64,000 bases of DNA from assembly GCF_036321535.1 (NCBI RefSeq), contig NC_087437.1:64234001-64298000 (forward strand), in the 5' to 3' direction. The position numbers and the translations under genes were made by a program. Below are positions 12,600-25,400 of this stretch, one piece after another (the first letter of the stretch is position 1; every line of letters starts with the position of its first letter). Below the pieces are notes generated by a model that searched no databases, was not told the origin of the DNA, and saw nothing but the letters and a program-made list of their open reading frames with translations. The stretch is from Camelus dromedarius (lineage: Eukaryota).

Positions 12600-13570
12600 T
12601 TTTAAGAAGTAGGCAAAACCTTGAACAGAAGAATCCATCTACAACACACTTAGAGTAAGACAAAGGACAGTATTATGTTTTCTGGACTTGGTGTTGGCGA
12701 GAAACAGAAAAGCACTTATTTTCAGAAAAGGAATTGTGGAAAGAAAGGAGAAGGAAATCTTTAAATCTCATTGAAAACAATTTGCTCTGAAGAACTTTAT
12801 CTAATCAGCCTCATTCTCTGAGCCATCACCTTGAGTCATTTTTGATTCTTCAAACACTTCATTTTTATCATCTTTCCAGAGTCCTAAAAACTGAAGATTT
12901 GCCCAGATTGAGACAAACTTCTCTCCTTTTTCACATGTTAATTTACCTCTTGATTTGCACCATGTTTTTCCAAATATGGTCTGTTTCTTTCATGTGCAAT
13001 AGGAGACTTAGGATACAGATGGGAGCCATACAATGGCATGACCGTCATCTTGGGGGGATTTGCTTGGGAGGCCCCCAGCTTTCTCTAGATCCAAACCCCA
13101 AAGATACCTGATGTCTGCAGCATTGAGCCACTGGGTCGTGTTTTGTATGCGTTTTAGTAGCTCTGTTAAATGCTGGGGCCCTCTCACCCCTCCACAGATC
13201 TGCCTCCGAATCCTAGACCCAGTACTTTCACAACAACTGAAGTTGCTGAGGACAAAATTTTTCCCACACTTGATTGAGGTAATTTATTTTACTTTCCTCT
13301 GTACTTGTAAGTGGAAATGTACTTGGATTCCTAGGAACAATTGATTTTTCTGTAGGTCATTTAGGAGGGAATGTCAAACAAGGTGCATCATTATAGATGG
13401 ACAAAAAGATTGATGTCACTTGCTTCACATAAACTCTTACTGCATAATTTTTAGAAGCAATTTGGGAACATAAAAACACCCCTTCCTAAATACTTTATTC
13501 ATTCTGAAGAAGTTTCAGAATATAGAAATATATTTGAAATAATATATTTCGAAGATGTCCTTGGAACCAG
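12600..13570 (+). mobile_element. Highly decayed hAT-Charlie-like transposase relic
   Basis: AT-rich block with collinear broken peptides ICSEEL/LSNQPHSLSHHLES (12780-12838), EQLI (about 13335) and ASL*MDKKIDVTCFT* (13385-13432), resembling Charlie/Buster transposase motifs; boundaries approximate. Confidence 0.45.
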
Positions 13571-14704
13571 AGCAGGGAATTAATTTTTTCCTTTATATGC
13601 TTTTTAGGGCCTTCACATTTGCAGTGTTATTCCTGGAAAATCTCCTGTATTGAACAAGTCTGCCTGTCTCTTCCCTCCTCTGTAGCTTCCTTTGTCATTA
13701 TTCTTAAAGGAAAACATTTTGATGTGCCCAGAATTCCACCATGGCTTTTGGTGGACGCAAGCGAGCCCAGGAGTGTCAGAGAGGGAAAGAGCAAAGTGAC
13801 ATGGGCCAAACTGAACTGAAGACCACAGACGGACATCAAGAGACATAGACTGTCAGTTCCCAACTGACGAGGCATCTCATTAGCTGTGAGGGTGGGGTGA
13901 TTGGGCAAGCCAACCCAAAGAGGGGCCCGCATTGAGCATTGGACTCATATCTGCAGCTTTCCATACCTGGGGATGGCCCCTGGGAGAGGCAGCCAATGAG
14001 AAGAGAGGGTGGAAGTTAGTTTGAGAATTATGGGCAAACTCTGTAGCAAAACCCTGTCACAACCTACTGATAAGGGTCAGCCTTGCCAGCTGTGTGTTTA
14101 TACCCCTCTTCACAGCAGGGCCAGTTATGAGGCCGATGAGTGAATGTCTTACTAAAGGCCAAACCTGAGGGTGACCTGCCCTTGCGTCTCTCCTCTTTCC
14201 TCTTTTCCCTTCCTACACCACGTCCCCTGCCACCACCCCTCCCCTTCACAGCAGCAGTAACAGAGGGAATCACGGAAGCTAACATTTATTGAGCAGTTAC
14301 TCGATGAGGTCCTGCCAGATTCCTAGGTAAACGTGCAATCGTCAGGGGTCGATAGGGGCTGTGGGCCCCCTCCCCACCTCTCTACAGGTTACCATGAAAG
14401 GCAGTCTTGGGCCAAATTCTCTCTCTATAGACTTTATTAGCAAGTTAGCACAGAACAGGCATGCAGCCAGTTCTGGGAGCTCAAGGCAGTCCCAGCTCTC
14501 TGCCCTTTTAAGTAGCCCAGCAACACCTGGCCTGAAAGGTTCCCTTAAGACAAATGTCACAAGATGTAGCTAACCATCCAGGGTGGGCATCCTGAACCTT
14601 GGAGGAAATGCTAAAGGCGGTCGGGTTGTTCACCCCAAAGAAGAGTTCAGGGGAAAGGTCCTTAAGTGATGACACAACTGACTTTTTTTTGACATTCTGA
14701 TGAT

Positions 14705-14950
14705 GTATTTTTTTCCTTCTAATTGTAATTGAGATATTTTTAAACAAATATGGAAAACTACAAGATAGATATTTTAGTAATGGGTTATATTAAGCACCTT
14801 ATACTTCCATTCAAGTCAAGAAAGAGAACTCTGGCAACTGTTCTAGAAGCTTCATTGTGTTCTAATCTCAATCTCCCCCTAAAGGTTGCTTGACTTCCTA
14901 TGTGTCTTTATGGTTTGCATTTGTTTCCATGATGATTTATTATACAAAAG
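14705..14950 (-). mobile_element. Old L1 (L1ME-like) 3' fragment
   Basis: AT-rich tttctaattgtaattgagatattt...caagtcaagaaagagaac pattern typical of reverse L1ME 3' ends. Confidence 0.5.
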
Positions 14951-15869
14951 AGGTGGGGCCTCAGCTTCCTGAACTCAGAACAAACCATGATTCATGCACC
15001 CTGCAGCAAAAAAGATTTAAGTTAGACAGCAAGAAGAATTTCTAGGATTTTTGGCTTAGGTGTGGTTCCGGTTGGGGGCTGGGAAATGAAGATCACCCCA
15101 GTCCTGGGGCTGCCTTTAAAGAATTCGGCTGGCTGGATGCCCCTGGCCTTCTCTGATCAGCAGGAGATCCAGGAGCCTCTGTGGCTGGGGGGATGGAGAC
15201 AGGTGACCCCTCATCCCACAGGGTCCTGACTGGCCAGCCTTGGAGATTGCCTGGTGTCAGGGACCTCTCCTTCTGCCATCAGAGGCACGCTCTTCCTCCT
15301 GAAAGCTCTAATCCTGCCTGAGCCGGTCAGAGAGAATGACTCTCGAAAGAAAGAATGACCAGCTGGGGGACAGGCCTGGGATCTGAGCCCACCCCATTCC
15401 CGGGTGACCAGGGCAGCCGAACAAACACACTCTGGCCCCAAGCCCAAGGGACACCAGGCAAGGTGCCTGGAGGAAATGGGGCAGTGGAATAAGAGGCAAG
15501 TGAATGGTGTCCCTGCTTTCCCTCCATTCAGTGCGTGGTTTCCATGGGGCCCCAAGAGTATTTACAGGCAGCAGACCTGGGTGGGGGGAGCCCCGGGGGA
15601 CCTGGGCTGCAAAGCTACAGGGACAAGAAAGGGAAAACCGGAGGGGTGGGCAGGGAGGGCTGGGGCACTTGAAAAACCAAATAAAAAGTTGGCTGTCAAA
15701 TGCTTTTTGCCAACCATAGTCAATTCTTAATTACTCCCGTAATGGGAGGGAGCAGTGACAGGAATGATTCAAAGCAGCAAATAATCCCAAACCATTTAAG
15801 CTACATGATTTTTAAAAGAGAGAGACGGAGATTTCCCTTCCTAATGATGTCTGGCTTGGGCTGATGTTA

Positions 15870-15947
15870 AATGAGGGAAGTAGTAACAGTGAGCTCCCCA
15901 GGGATCACGGCTAGAACTGGTCTTATTTAACATGTTTATAAATTATT
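15870..15947 (+). mobile_element. CR1/L3 LINE reverse transcriptase remnant
   Basis: Translates to APQGSRLELVLFNMFINY, matching the CR1-clade RT motif VPQGSVLGPVLFNIFIND. Confidence 0.7.
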
Positions 15948-17205
15948 GAGAGTTCACAGTTCCTGATTTTGTGAACGGGTGCTCGGAGGGGACTCTTAAG
16001 TCCTTCCAGGAGCTAGAGGAAGCCCTCTTCCAGGGGTTATGTGCTCAATGGAGGGAATCCCCGAAGTGGGAAATGAATAGGTGCTTGGATGTGTCAAGCT
16101 AGCCAGGCCAGCCTCATGGGATGGGCCAAGTCAAGAGAGACCCCTGCCCCCCAACATGCTTGTGGCTTAAAAAAGAAGAGTATGAGTCTCTGTTCTAGAA
16201 CACTGAATGGCTCCCAGCTTCTCCCTGAATTAAGTGCATTCAAGGCCCTCCATAGTATGGTCCCAACCTCCTCTCCCATCACTCCAGCCTGGCTCCTGAC
16301 ATGAGGAACGACAGCCTGCAGCGCCACAGTCACAGGGCTAAATGCAAAGCACTTGGAACTGTACCCAGAATCCTGATTCAGAGTCTCTCCGTCCCTCCAT
16401 GTCACAGCAGATCCTGGCTGGCTCCCAAAGCCACGCCTCGCTTTCCTCTTCTGTATCTACTGTCAGGATGCTGTCGAGCTCAAGGGCCACCGCCTCTGAG
16501 GAGCCTTCCCTGCTCCACAAGTGCTCTCTGTCTCTGCTCGGAAAACCAGTGGCCGATGTCACGCTTATGGCTCACGTCCAGCTCTGCCTGTGTGACAGCC
16601 TTGCTCTTCCTGTCTTGTTCTGCCCGTACTCCCCGGAACTCCTTGCGTGGCCTCTTCTCCCCATAGACTCCCTTGCTCTTGGTGTGCGCTGTCCAGGGGT
16701 CAGTTGAGTGGGAAGGGCGTAGGGAGTTAGAGCTGACTCTCACAGGCCAGGCGTGCCCTTGGGGACGTGGTGGCCCGATTTCCGGACAGAGCCCTCCCCC
16801 GTTGGTTTTCACAAGCAGCCATCCAGGTCAGGCTGGCTGCACAGGAGCTCTGGCTGGCATCGGGTCCTTCCCTTGTGCAGCAGCCCTGTGACTGCACGTC
16901 TCCCATTGAGGCACCCCGTCCCCCGCTCAGCATCGCCAGCTGCGCTCCACCCAATAGGAGTCTCCAGAGGCCCACAACCTGCGGTGTGACCAGCTCTTCA
17001 GGGGTCTCCATGGCACAAGGAGGTCTGAGAACTGCTCCTAAAGAGCAGGAGGGATTTGTGGAGGTCACATGGAGGAGTGTGCAAATGCAGGGGCACTTAC
17101 ACACCTGGACCTGCGAGAGCCAAGTGTGTTCACATGGGTGCCACTCCTAGAACTGTGTCCATCCCTATTTCGTCAGCCTCCAAAGTGCCATCTGGTGACA
17201 TGCCT

Positions 17206-17562
17206 TAAAAAATAATTCAGTGACTCATGCTACAGCATGGATGAACCTTGAAGACATTATGCTGAGTGAAATAAACCAGTCACAAAAGGACAAATAATAG
17301 ATGATTCCACTTACACAAATTACCTAGAGTAGCCAAGTTTGTAGAGACAGAAAGTAGAACAGTGGTCACCAGGGGCTGTGGGGAGCAGGGAATGGGGAGT
17401 TAAGATTGAATGGGTACAGAGTTTCGGTTGGAGAAGATGAAGAAAGTCCTGGAGATGGATGGTCCCGATGGTAGCAGTGTGAATGTACTTAATGCCAGCA
17501 CACACTTAAAAATGGTTAAAATGGTAAGTTAATGTTGTGTATATTTCAGTACAATAGAAAAA
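17206..17562 (+). mobile_element. L1MB-type LINE-1 3' end
   Basis: catgctacagcatggatgaaccttgaagacattatgctgagtgaaa...cacttaaaaatggttaaaatggtaa. Confidence 0.9.
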
Positions 17563-20019
17563 TGATAATTTGAGCCATTGCCCCACCTCCGGGAAGAGCC
17601 CTGTTAGCCAGAGGATGGGCCTTACCCTGGACTTGAAGCACTCACCCCTGCCCTGCCTGCGTCCCTCACTGGGGACAGGGAGACCTTCCGGGGTCCCTTG
17701 GACCCACACCTCAGTAACTCATCCTGGGACAGCAGAGGTTTGTGTCATGAGTCAGAGGCTGGCTTAAGAACAAAACAGAAAGGAAATGATAGTTTTTTGC
17801 ATGGGGAGAGGCCAATAGCAGAATCCAATAGAAAATGTGGATGGCATCAAAAGCTTCCAAGTGATGAACTGTCAGGTCTGCTGGTGGGTGTTTCCCAGCA
17901 GAGGTCAGCTTGACCTTACCCTGTAGGTAAGGCTACACATTTAGGGAAAATACTTCGTCATGTCCACCAGTTGGGAGTTGCCAGTGCTAGAACACAGCCC
18001 AGCACATCTCAGGAGCTGTTGGAAACCCTCCCCTAAAGGCTTCGGCCCAGTGTGCTAGTTTGGACAAAAAGACCAGCCAAACAGCCAGGATTATGGTTGA
18101 GGGTGTTGGAAGCAGGCTGGTGTTTGGGTCTGACCTGGGCAAAGCTGGACGTGTGTCCCTGTTCCTTCTTTAAGGGGGTGTGTGTCTGAGGCGAGACTGA
18201 AAGCCTACCAGCGCTCTAGCAGGAAGGAAGCGTGCGGTGGGGGCCATCCCAGCCGTGAATCCCCTCACCTGTTAAGGCTGTGGTGACATGTGGAGTTGAC
18301 CAACAAAGTCCCTAAAATCAGAACAAGGCGACGGGCAGCCCTTGAAGCTGGCAAAAGGCAGCTTTAGCACAAATGAAAGTAAGTGCTATTTACACAGCAG
18401 GTAGTAAACTTATATGGAACTCATAACCCCCAGAGGTGGCATAAGCTAAATATAGGAATAGACTCAGGGAGAGTGTGGAAATGTTCATGGATGACGGGGC
18501 CACAATGGGCATTCGGGGGATGCTGGGCTGTGGGCTGCTTCTGGGGGCCTTGTCAGGCGGAGCCGTGTTTCCTCCTGCAGGCAGCCTGAGTGCTCAGAGG
18601 TGAAGGGGGCTGGGTCCGCTCCAGGGCGTCCGTTCTGATTTGTCTCCTGCTTTCTCTGCCTTGCTTTGTCCTAGAGTGCCCGGTGTTTCTGGTAATCCCC
18701 TCTAGGTGATTGCCCTTCAGAGTCTTCAGGGTTTTGTTCTCCCCACCACCACCCCATCCCATTGATATTCTTGTTCTTTTCCCAAGCTGCAGAGTCCCAG
18801 TCCTTCAGCCTTTCTTTTCGAGGTATTCTTTGCACCGCACAACTCCCTCTGAACCCCCTTCCCAGCCACTGTGCTGTCAGGCAATCACAGGGCTGGCTGA
18901 CGAAAGTCAACAAGACTTGGGCAGGATGTTGGGGCTGAAGGGAGCATGGCCTTGAGATTACACAAAGGTGGCTGGAACAGGACAGCCCAGAGTGGCAGGA
19001 CTCGGTACCAGGGGGCCTAGGGGGCTGGAAGAAGGAGCAGCCATCAGCCTCCTCTCCTGCCCTGGGTCCAGTTGAGCTGCACATGCATTTCTGGAGCACC
19101 TACATGCTCCAAGTCAGGCCCCTGCAGAGCGCTGAGGATGGCTGAGTCCTCCAGCACAAAGCCCTGTCCTTCCGCTCTACCCCGCAGGGCTTCACTCTAG
19201 ACCACTCGCAGAGGCCTCCATCCCCCTGTGTTTCAGGGGGATGCCGGTGCTGGGAGACAAGCCTAACCCACCACCGAGTTTCTCTTTCTGCCTAACTCCC
19301 TCCACTCCCAAACTGGTACTGTTTAGCTCTTACGGTTTTCAGGGACATAACTCTGACCCATGGTCTATGGAAGTCCATTGAAAAAACAAGCTGTGTCATA
19401 TGGGCTTTTACTGTCCTGGATCGATTTTCCTCTTTCTGCAGGAAAGGAAGAATGCTAGCTGATTGGTGTCTGGGGTGCTGTGGGTCCCCGCAGCCCGCAC
19501 CCTACCTCCCCCGCCGGCCTGTGAACATTCAGTTGCTCGCTTCCCCAGCTGAGTGAGCTGTTCTTTTCAGGGGCAACCGACTGCGCACAGATTCCTGAGC
19601 CATGATCTCATCGGCTCGTGAGAGGCCCGAGCACGTCCACCAACTCGACTCATACGGGAGAGAGAGGGGCACTCCGGGGTCCGAGTAGGGTGGGGAGAGT
19701 TTCAGGGGTTCGCCCTGTGGATTAGCGCCAGGTCTGGTGTAGGCACAAGTCTTGCCCTCTAGGTCCCTCCATGTCCTCCGTCTGCAACCACTGCTGTGGA
19801 TCCCTCCGGGGGTGGGACTAGCTGGCAGATTCCCTCATCCGCCATCGCTGCATCCGCACCAGAGACCTCAGGGCACAGCCTTGCAGGGGTGGCCCAGTCC
19901 TGGCTTGGACGCCTTCCCACCCACACTATCGCCTTCGGCATTCCTGTAGTCGGCAGATATTTATTGAGTCCAACTGCCATGCTTCCCAAAGTGGGCCCAT
20001 GGAGCTTTTGGATTGGAAC

Positions 20020-20160
20020 CATCTGGAATGATGGTTAAAATGCTAGCTCCTGGGCACTGCGCCAGACCTAGTGTATCAGACTCTCTGGGTGGAGCCTGGG
20101 GAATCTGCATTTTAATGAGTTCCCCAAGTGATACTTTTGTGCCCTAAATGAGAGTTGCTG
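20020..20160 (+). mobile_element. MER5-family fragment
   Basis: cagacctagtgtatcagactctctggg...gggaatctgcattttaa...ccccaagtgat. Confidence 0.65.
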
Positions 20161-20162
20161 AC

Positions 20163-20632
20163 TGTGATGGTTAATTTTGTATTAACTTGGCTGGGCCACA
20201 GTGCCCAGATATTTGGTCAGACAATATTCTGGATGTTTCTGTGAGGAGGTTTTTGGATGAGATTAACATTTAAACCAGTAGACTTTGAATAAAACAGATT
20301 GCCCTGTATAATGTGGGTGGGCCTGATCCAATCAGTTGAAGTCCTGAATAGAACAAAGACTGACCTCTCCTCAAGCAAGAGAGAATTCTGCCAGGAGATG
20401 GCCTTTAGACTTGAACTGTAACATCTGCTCTTCCCTGAGTCTTCAGCCTGCCAGCCCACCCTGCAGATTTTGGACTTGCTAGCCTCTATAAACACAAAGC
20501 CAATTCCTTAAAATCAATCTCTCTCTCTCTCTCTCACCTACCTCTCCCTCCCTTCCCATTAGAGCTAGAGCTAGAGCTAGAGCTAGATAGATCCTGATGG
20601 TTTTGTTTGTCTAGAGAACACTGATTAATACA
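20163..20632 (+). mobile_element. MLT2 (ERVL) solo LTR
   Basis: TGtgatggttaatttt...gagaacactgattaataCA termini; 5-bp flanks ctgac and ctggc; internal (CT)n and (AGAGCT)n runs. Confidence 0.92.
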
Positions 20633-20832
20633 CTGGCCTGTTGTATTCAAGGCCCCGGCCATCACAGTCACACCTGGGCAGATGACAGCTTTGAGCAGAC
20701 CCCTGCCTGGCCCTGCCCACCAGCACTAGCTCTGCAGTCACATGCTCCAAGGCATCAGAGAGGCTGGCTGGGCAGAGCAGTAGGTGTTGTTGCCTAGCCC
20801 TGACTCTTCTCTGGGTGGAGGGTCCTGACCCT

Positions 20833-21022
20833 CTTGCCAGACTTAGCAAATAAAAATACAGGACGCCCAGTGAAATTTAAATTTCAAATAAGCAATGAAA
20901 CATTTTTTTAGCATAAGTATGTCTCATGCAATATTTGGGGCATACTTATACTAAAAAAATCATTTGTCATCTCTCTGCAATTCAGATTTCACTGAATATC
21001 CCTTATTTTATCTGACAACCTA
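20833..21022. mobile_element. MER53 palindromic hAT MITE
   Basis: ttgccagacttagcaaataaaaatacagga...agcataagtatg...catacttatact...tattttatctgacaacct; long imperfect inverted repeat. Confidence 0.88.
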
Positions 21023-21284
21023 TGACAGCTCTTTTCTCTCCAGCCTGGAGTCAGCAATTGTATCCTGTTAGTTGCAAAGCCCTTTACTTGGGCTTTCTCA
21101 GGTGTGATCTTATCTTATCCTTGCAAGAATAGAGAGGCAGAGCAGGCATCGTCATCATCATCCATCATTATCTAACCCTAACTTCACAATGGGAACTGAG
21201 GCTAGGAGGTGGGCAGAGCTTCCCAGCTGAGAGCAGAGAAGCTCTGGCTGCACTGTGGAAACACCTGGAGGGTTTTTAAATCAC

Positions 21285-21508
21285 TTACGTGTGTTTGGGT
21301 GATGTGTCTGATGTCTGCAACTTTGAAATGTATCAAAAAATAAAATGGATGAACTCATGGGTGGAGGGATGATGGATGGATACGTGATAAAGCAACTACA
21401 GCAAAATGTTGATGATAGAACCTAGGTGGTAGGCAGACAGGTGTTCACTGTACAATCTTTTAACTGCTTTATATGTTTGAAAATATTTATAAAAGTTTGG
21501 GAGAAAAA
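21285..21508 (+). mobile_element. Old L1 3' end (L1ME/L1MC-like) nested in a MER5-type element
   Basis: gatgtctgcaactttgaaatg...ggtgttcactgtacaatcttttaactgctttatatgtttgaaaat; MER5-like sequence on both sides (about 21250-21285 and 21510-21605). Confidence 0.7.
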
Positions 21509-21669
21509 CATGTGGATGCATAGGTCCCACCCTAGACCAATTCAATCAGGATCTCTGCAGGTGCGGCCCAGGCAGCAGTAGATTTTCACAGCTACCCAGG
21601 TGATCTGATCTAACCTATCACTTCTCTCTGTGTACCAGGCAACCACCTGAAGGGATGGGCACCTTACCC

Positions 21670-21818
21670 CAGTGGTTTCCCAACTGAGAATGCATCAGAG
21701 TCTGGATTCCTGGGTCTCCTTCCCAGACTTTCTAATCCAGTAGGTCTAGGGTGGGGCCTGAGAATTTGCATTCTGACAAGTTTTCAGGGGATGCAGATGC
21801 TGCTGGTACAGAGACCAC
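21670..21818 (-). mobile_element. MER5A fragment
   Basis: cagtaggtctagggtggggcctgagaatttgcattctgacaag...gatgctgctggt...accac. Confidence 0.85.
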
Positions 21819-22289
21819 TGCTGCATCTGTCAGCAGAGGAACCATTAACTGTGCAAGGGTCAGAATAGGCTTTGCAGAAGAGCGAGCATTTGTGTGAGCC
21901 TTGAAGGATGGGAGGTTGTCATGGGAGAAGGGGGCATTCTGCATGGAGGGAACAGTAGAGGCCAAGGCACAGAGGTGGGCAGGTGCCTGAGGGGATTTGG
22001 CATGAGCTGAGGAGGTGGGGATGGAGAGGGAATGGCCAGAGAGGAGGCAAGAAGACTAGTTTGTGCCAGATGGACAGAGCGTTTGCATTAGATCCTGTAG
22101 GCCGTGGGGAGCTGGTGGAGGTTTATTAGAAGCAGGATAATGGGACCAAATCTTCTCTGCCATTGACTGTTGTTCTGGCAGCTCCAAGCAGGACGGATTG
22201 GAGAGGAGAGATGAAAGATAGGGAGCATACCTGGGAGGCTATTCTGAGCGTCTGGCATGAGCTCTATGGAGGGTCCACATAATCACAGC

Positions 22290-22480
22290 ACAAATAATGA
22301 TGATAAAATAATGGCTGACGTGTACTGAGTGCTTTCTAGGTGCCAGCCAGTGCTGTGCGCTTTTGCAGACATCATCTTTTTAATCTCCACTTTGCCCTGC
22401 ATGGTATTCCAGATGAGGAAACCAACTGGGAGAGGTGAAGAAAGGGCCAGGCTGGGCTGTGAACCCAGGGCTGTGCGAGT
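22290..22480 (-). mobile_element. MIR SINE
   Basis: tactgagtgctttctaggtgccag...cagatgaggaaac...gaacccagg. Confidence 0.7.
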
Positions 22481-25400
22481 GCTCACACAAAGGCAGGGAG
22501 GGAGGCCTGGAGGAGGAGGCCAGCAGGTCCCTGCCTTGGTCCCCACCGTTTCAGGTCATCATCAGTGTTCCTGGCAGCTCCCCTGCCCAGGCCAAGGCCT
22601 GAGCCAGGAGAGGCGCCTCTGGACAGGGGAGCATCCACCACTTTCCTTCCCTGGCAGCCGCATTGGCTGTGTTCCTGGCAGGCCCAGGCTCAGCTGTGCC
22701 TCCCTCCGCCCCCACCCCCGGCCTGGTGCCCAATCTCCGTCCCTCCTCATCCAGTGTGTGGAGTCCCAGCTCCCCGCAGCTGCCTGCCGGCCACACCTGC
22801 AGGCACTTGACTAAAGCTTCTTGGAGAAAAATGACACTGCCTCCCACACCCATCTATGCCCTGCTGTTCTTGGGCCTGAGCAGAGGATACTTCCACGCAC
22901 CTCCCCAGAATTCCTGCATTTCAAATGCTCCTCCAACAGGCCCCAACCCGGGCCACTCTCTGCCCAGACAGTCCCATCGTGGAAGGGGAGATGGGATGGG
23001 GGGAGGGGCAAGACCTGCAGGGTGAGTAATAAAGTCCTTACAGAAAAATGTCTGCAAAGAGTAAGCCTGTTAGCTGTTATTCTTATTATAACAGGGCTCC
23101 ATGAATGCAGAGCTTAAGGCGCTTTGGCACCAATGACCAGGTTTAAAGAGAGACATTCATTAAGCACTGGAAGGGCTTTGTCAGAGCTTGACCATCTTTC
23201 TGTCTCTAAGAAGGGCTGCTTTTATACCGGGTCAGAAAGAACTCACTGTACTTCTCTTAAAGACCCCCTCCTTGCCTCTCATCCCCTGGCCCAAGGCTAA
23301 AGTTCTGTTCTGCCTCCCACCAGGCCCCAAGGCCTGTCCACCTAAAAGGTCCTCGAGCATGTGCCCTGTCCCCCACCCCCAAACTAGAAGGACCAGTGAC
23401 CTGCTTTGTAGGTGCCAAGCGCTGAGGCAACAGTGAGGCTCCATTATTGCACCTGCAGGGGAGACCTCATGGGAATGAGTCTGGTTCTCAGGCATCTGAG
23501 CGTGTGCATGCACACAGGTCACTGTGCACCCACATGCACACTTGCATGCTGGGGGTGTGTTTGGGGCAGTGGTGGTGATGCACTCCCAGGCCTCATCTTT
23601 ATCTTTCTCCTGTCTGTGCAAGAGAGATGGGGCTCACCTGGCAAGGGAGGATGGGAGCAGTTCCCCGAAAGTCTTCTTACTGGGGCCCACAGTGGGGCTG
23701 CAGGGCCGTGTTCTCTACCCCACCCCATCAGTCGCCCACTCGTGAGCCTTCTCCCTGGGCTGTAGCAGGAGGCATGTGTGGAGAGCAGACAGGGAATGCT
23801 GTGCCTGAGTTCTTTCTCCCAGCTTCCCTCAGCCAACCACTTACTGCCAGATGGATATGGGTGCTGATGTGGTGTGCACAGGGAATGGCAGCCTGCTCCC
23901 AGCTGGCCTATGACCTTGCCCCGATGAGTAGGAACGCAGTTCTGTTTCGGAAATTCAGGAATCTGAGCTGGCAGGACCCAGATCACCAGGAACTCAGCCT
24001 GGTGAGGAAAACTCTCAGTCTTCCAAGAGGAAACCGGGGAGGGGTTTGAGGAATCCCGGAATCATTCCGTGCCTCCTTGCCTCCCTCCACGCAGGGCTCC
24101 ATGCTGTCTGCCCGCCCTGTGAATCTGCAGCCCACCAAGTTTGCAGCATCACACAACTCCCCAGACTCCAGCCTCTTATCCCTTCACTGTTTTATTTGTT
24201 GTCCAAACACCATCATAAGAGCAGTAACATAAACCAAAAGAATAAAAGCATCCTCCATTTCACGACCTTAACAGGTGAACTGTTCATTTTCCTTTGTTCC
24301 CCTGTAGTCCCTGTCTTTATTACACTCCCCCACCCCCACTCCACTCCTTTTCATTCTTCCTCTCTGCAAGAGGGGAGGGGCAGGCTCCAGCACCTGCTTC
24401 AGCCAGCCAGGCTCTGCCCTACTCACCTTGGGGTGGGGAAGGAGACACCCCTGCAGCATGGAGGTTTGGGGTCCTGTCCTCGGCTGGCTGCATCTCAGAA
24501 GCTGAGCTCGTCTAGCTCATGTACCCTGGACTTGGCAGCTCATTGGCTGGCTCCTCTCAGGGGTCTGGGGACACAGGCCCACTTGGCACCTGTGACTGAG
24601 AAGCTGAGGGTAGGAGGGGAGAGAAGGACAAAATGTGATCTGAGCATAACCTGGAGCCAGGGAGGCCAGGGACCCAGACTGGGGTGAGTAGCCGTCATTT
24701 CTCGTTCCTGTCCTGGTCTCGATACTGCTCACTCCCCAAAGAGGATATTAAGAGTGATTTTTCTAGAGACCTTGGCATTTAGTCACTTCTAGCTCCCAGA
24801 TTTCTGAAACAAGGTATGTAGACAATTAATAAGCTGTCGTCAATCGGTGGAGGCTTTCTCGGTTTCAGGCTCCCCACCCCAAATTGCTTAGAGCCTTAAG
24901 CAGTATGAACCTTCCAGGCTTGACCTGAGGAAGGGCTCATCCAGGAGCCGGAGAGGGTGCAGGGGGAAGGACAGATCTGGGTGAACTTTTCACTCTGAAC
25001 ATTTGGATCTGTGGCCACCCTCAAGGCCTCCAGCTTCTCATCTGTTAAATGGAAGAGAAGGCAAACTGCCTCCAGACTTCAAAGGGGATCTGATGGGCTG
25101 TGGTTGTGAGGACCAGCAAGAGCCTATCAAAGGGAGGGGATACATGTGATCCCTGACATTCTCCTTCCTGCTGAGTCATTGCAACTGCACCCAACCCAGC
25201 ATCCCCACCACTCTCGCTGACTCCTCTCTCGCCAGTGCTGGACCTATTTGCCCAAGAGCATCAGCAAGATCATCTGGAGCTAGTGGATTAAATGAAGAGC
25301 TGAATAAAGTCAGACCCTAGCACAGATCATGCAAAATAGTATATAATCCAAGAACAGTTTTTATTTGATTCGAGTTCCGGGGATGGCTGGTCCAGGCTGA

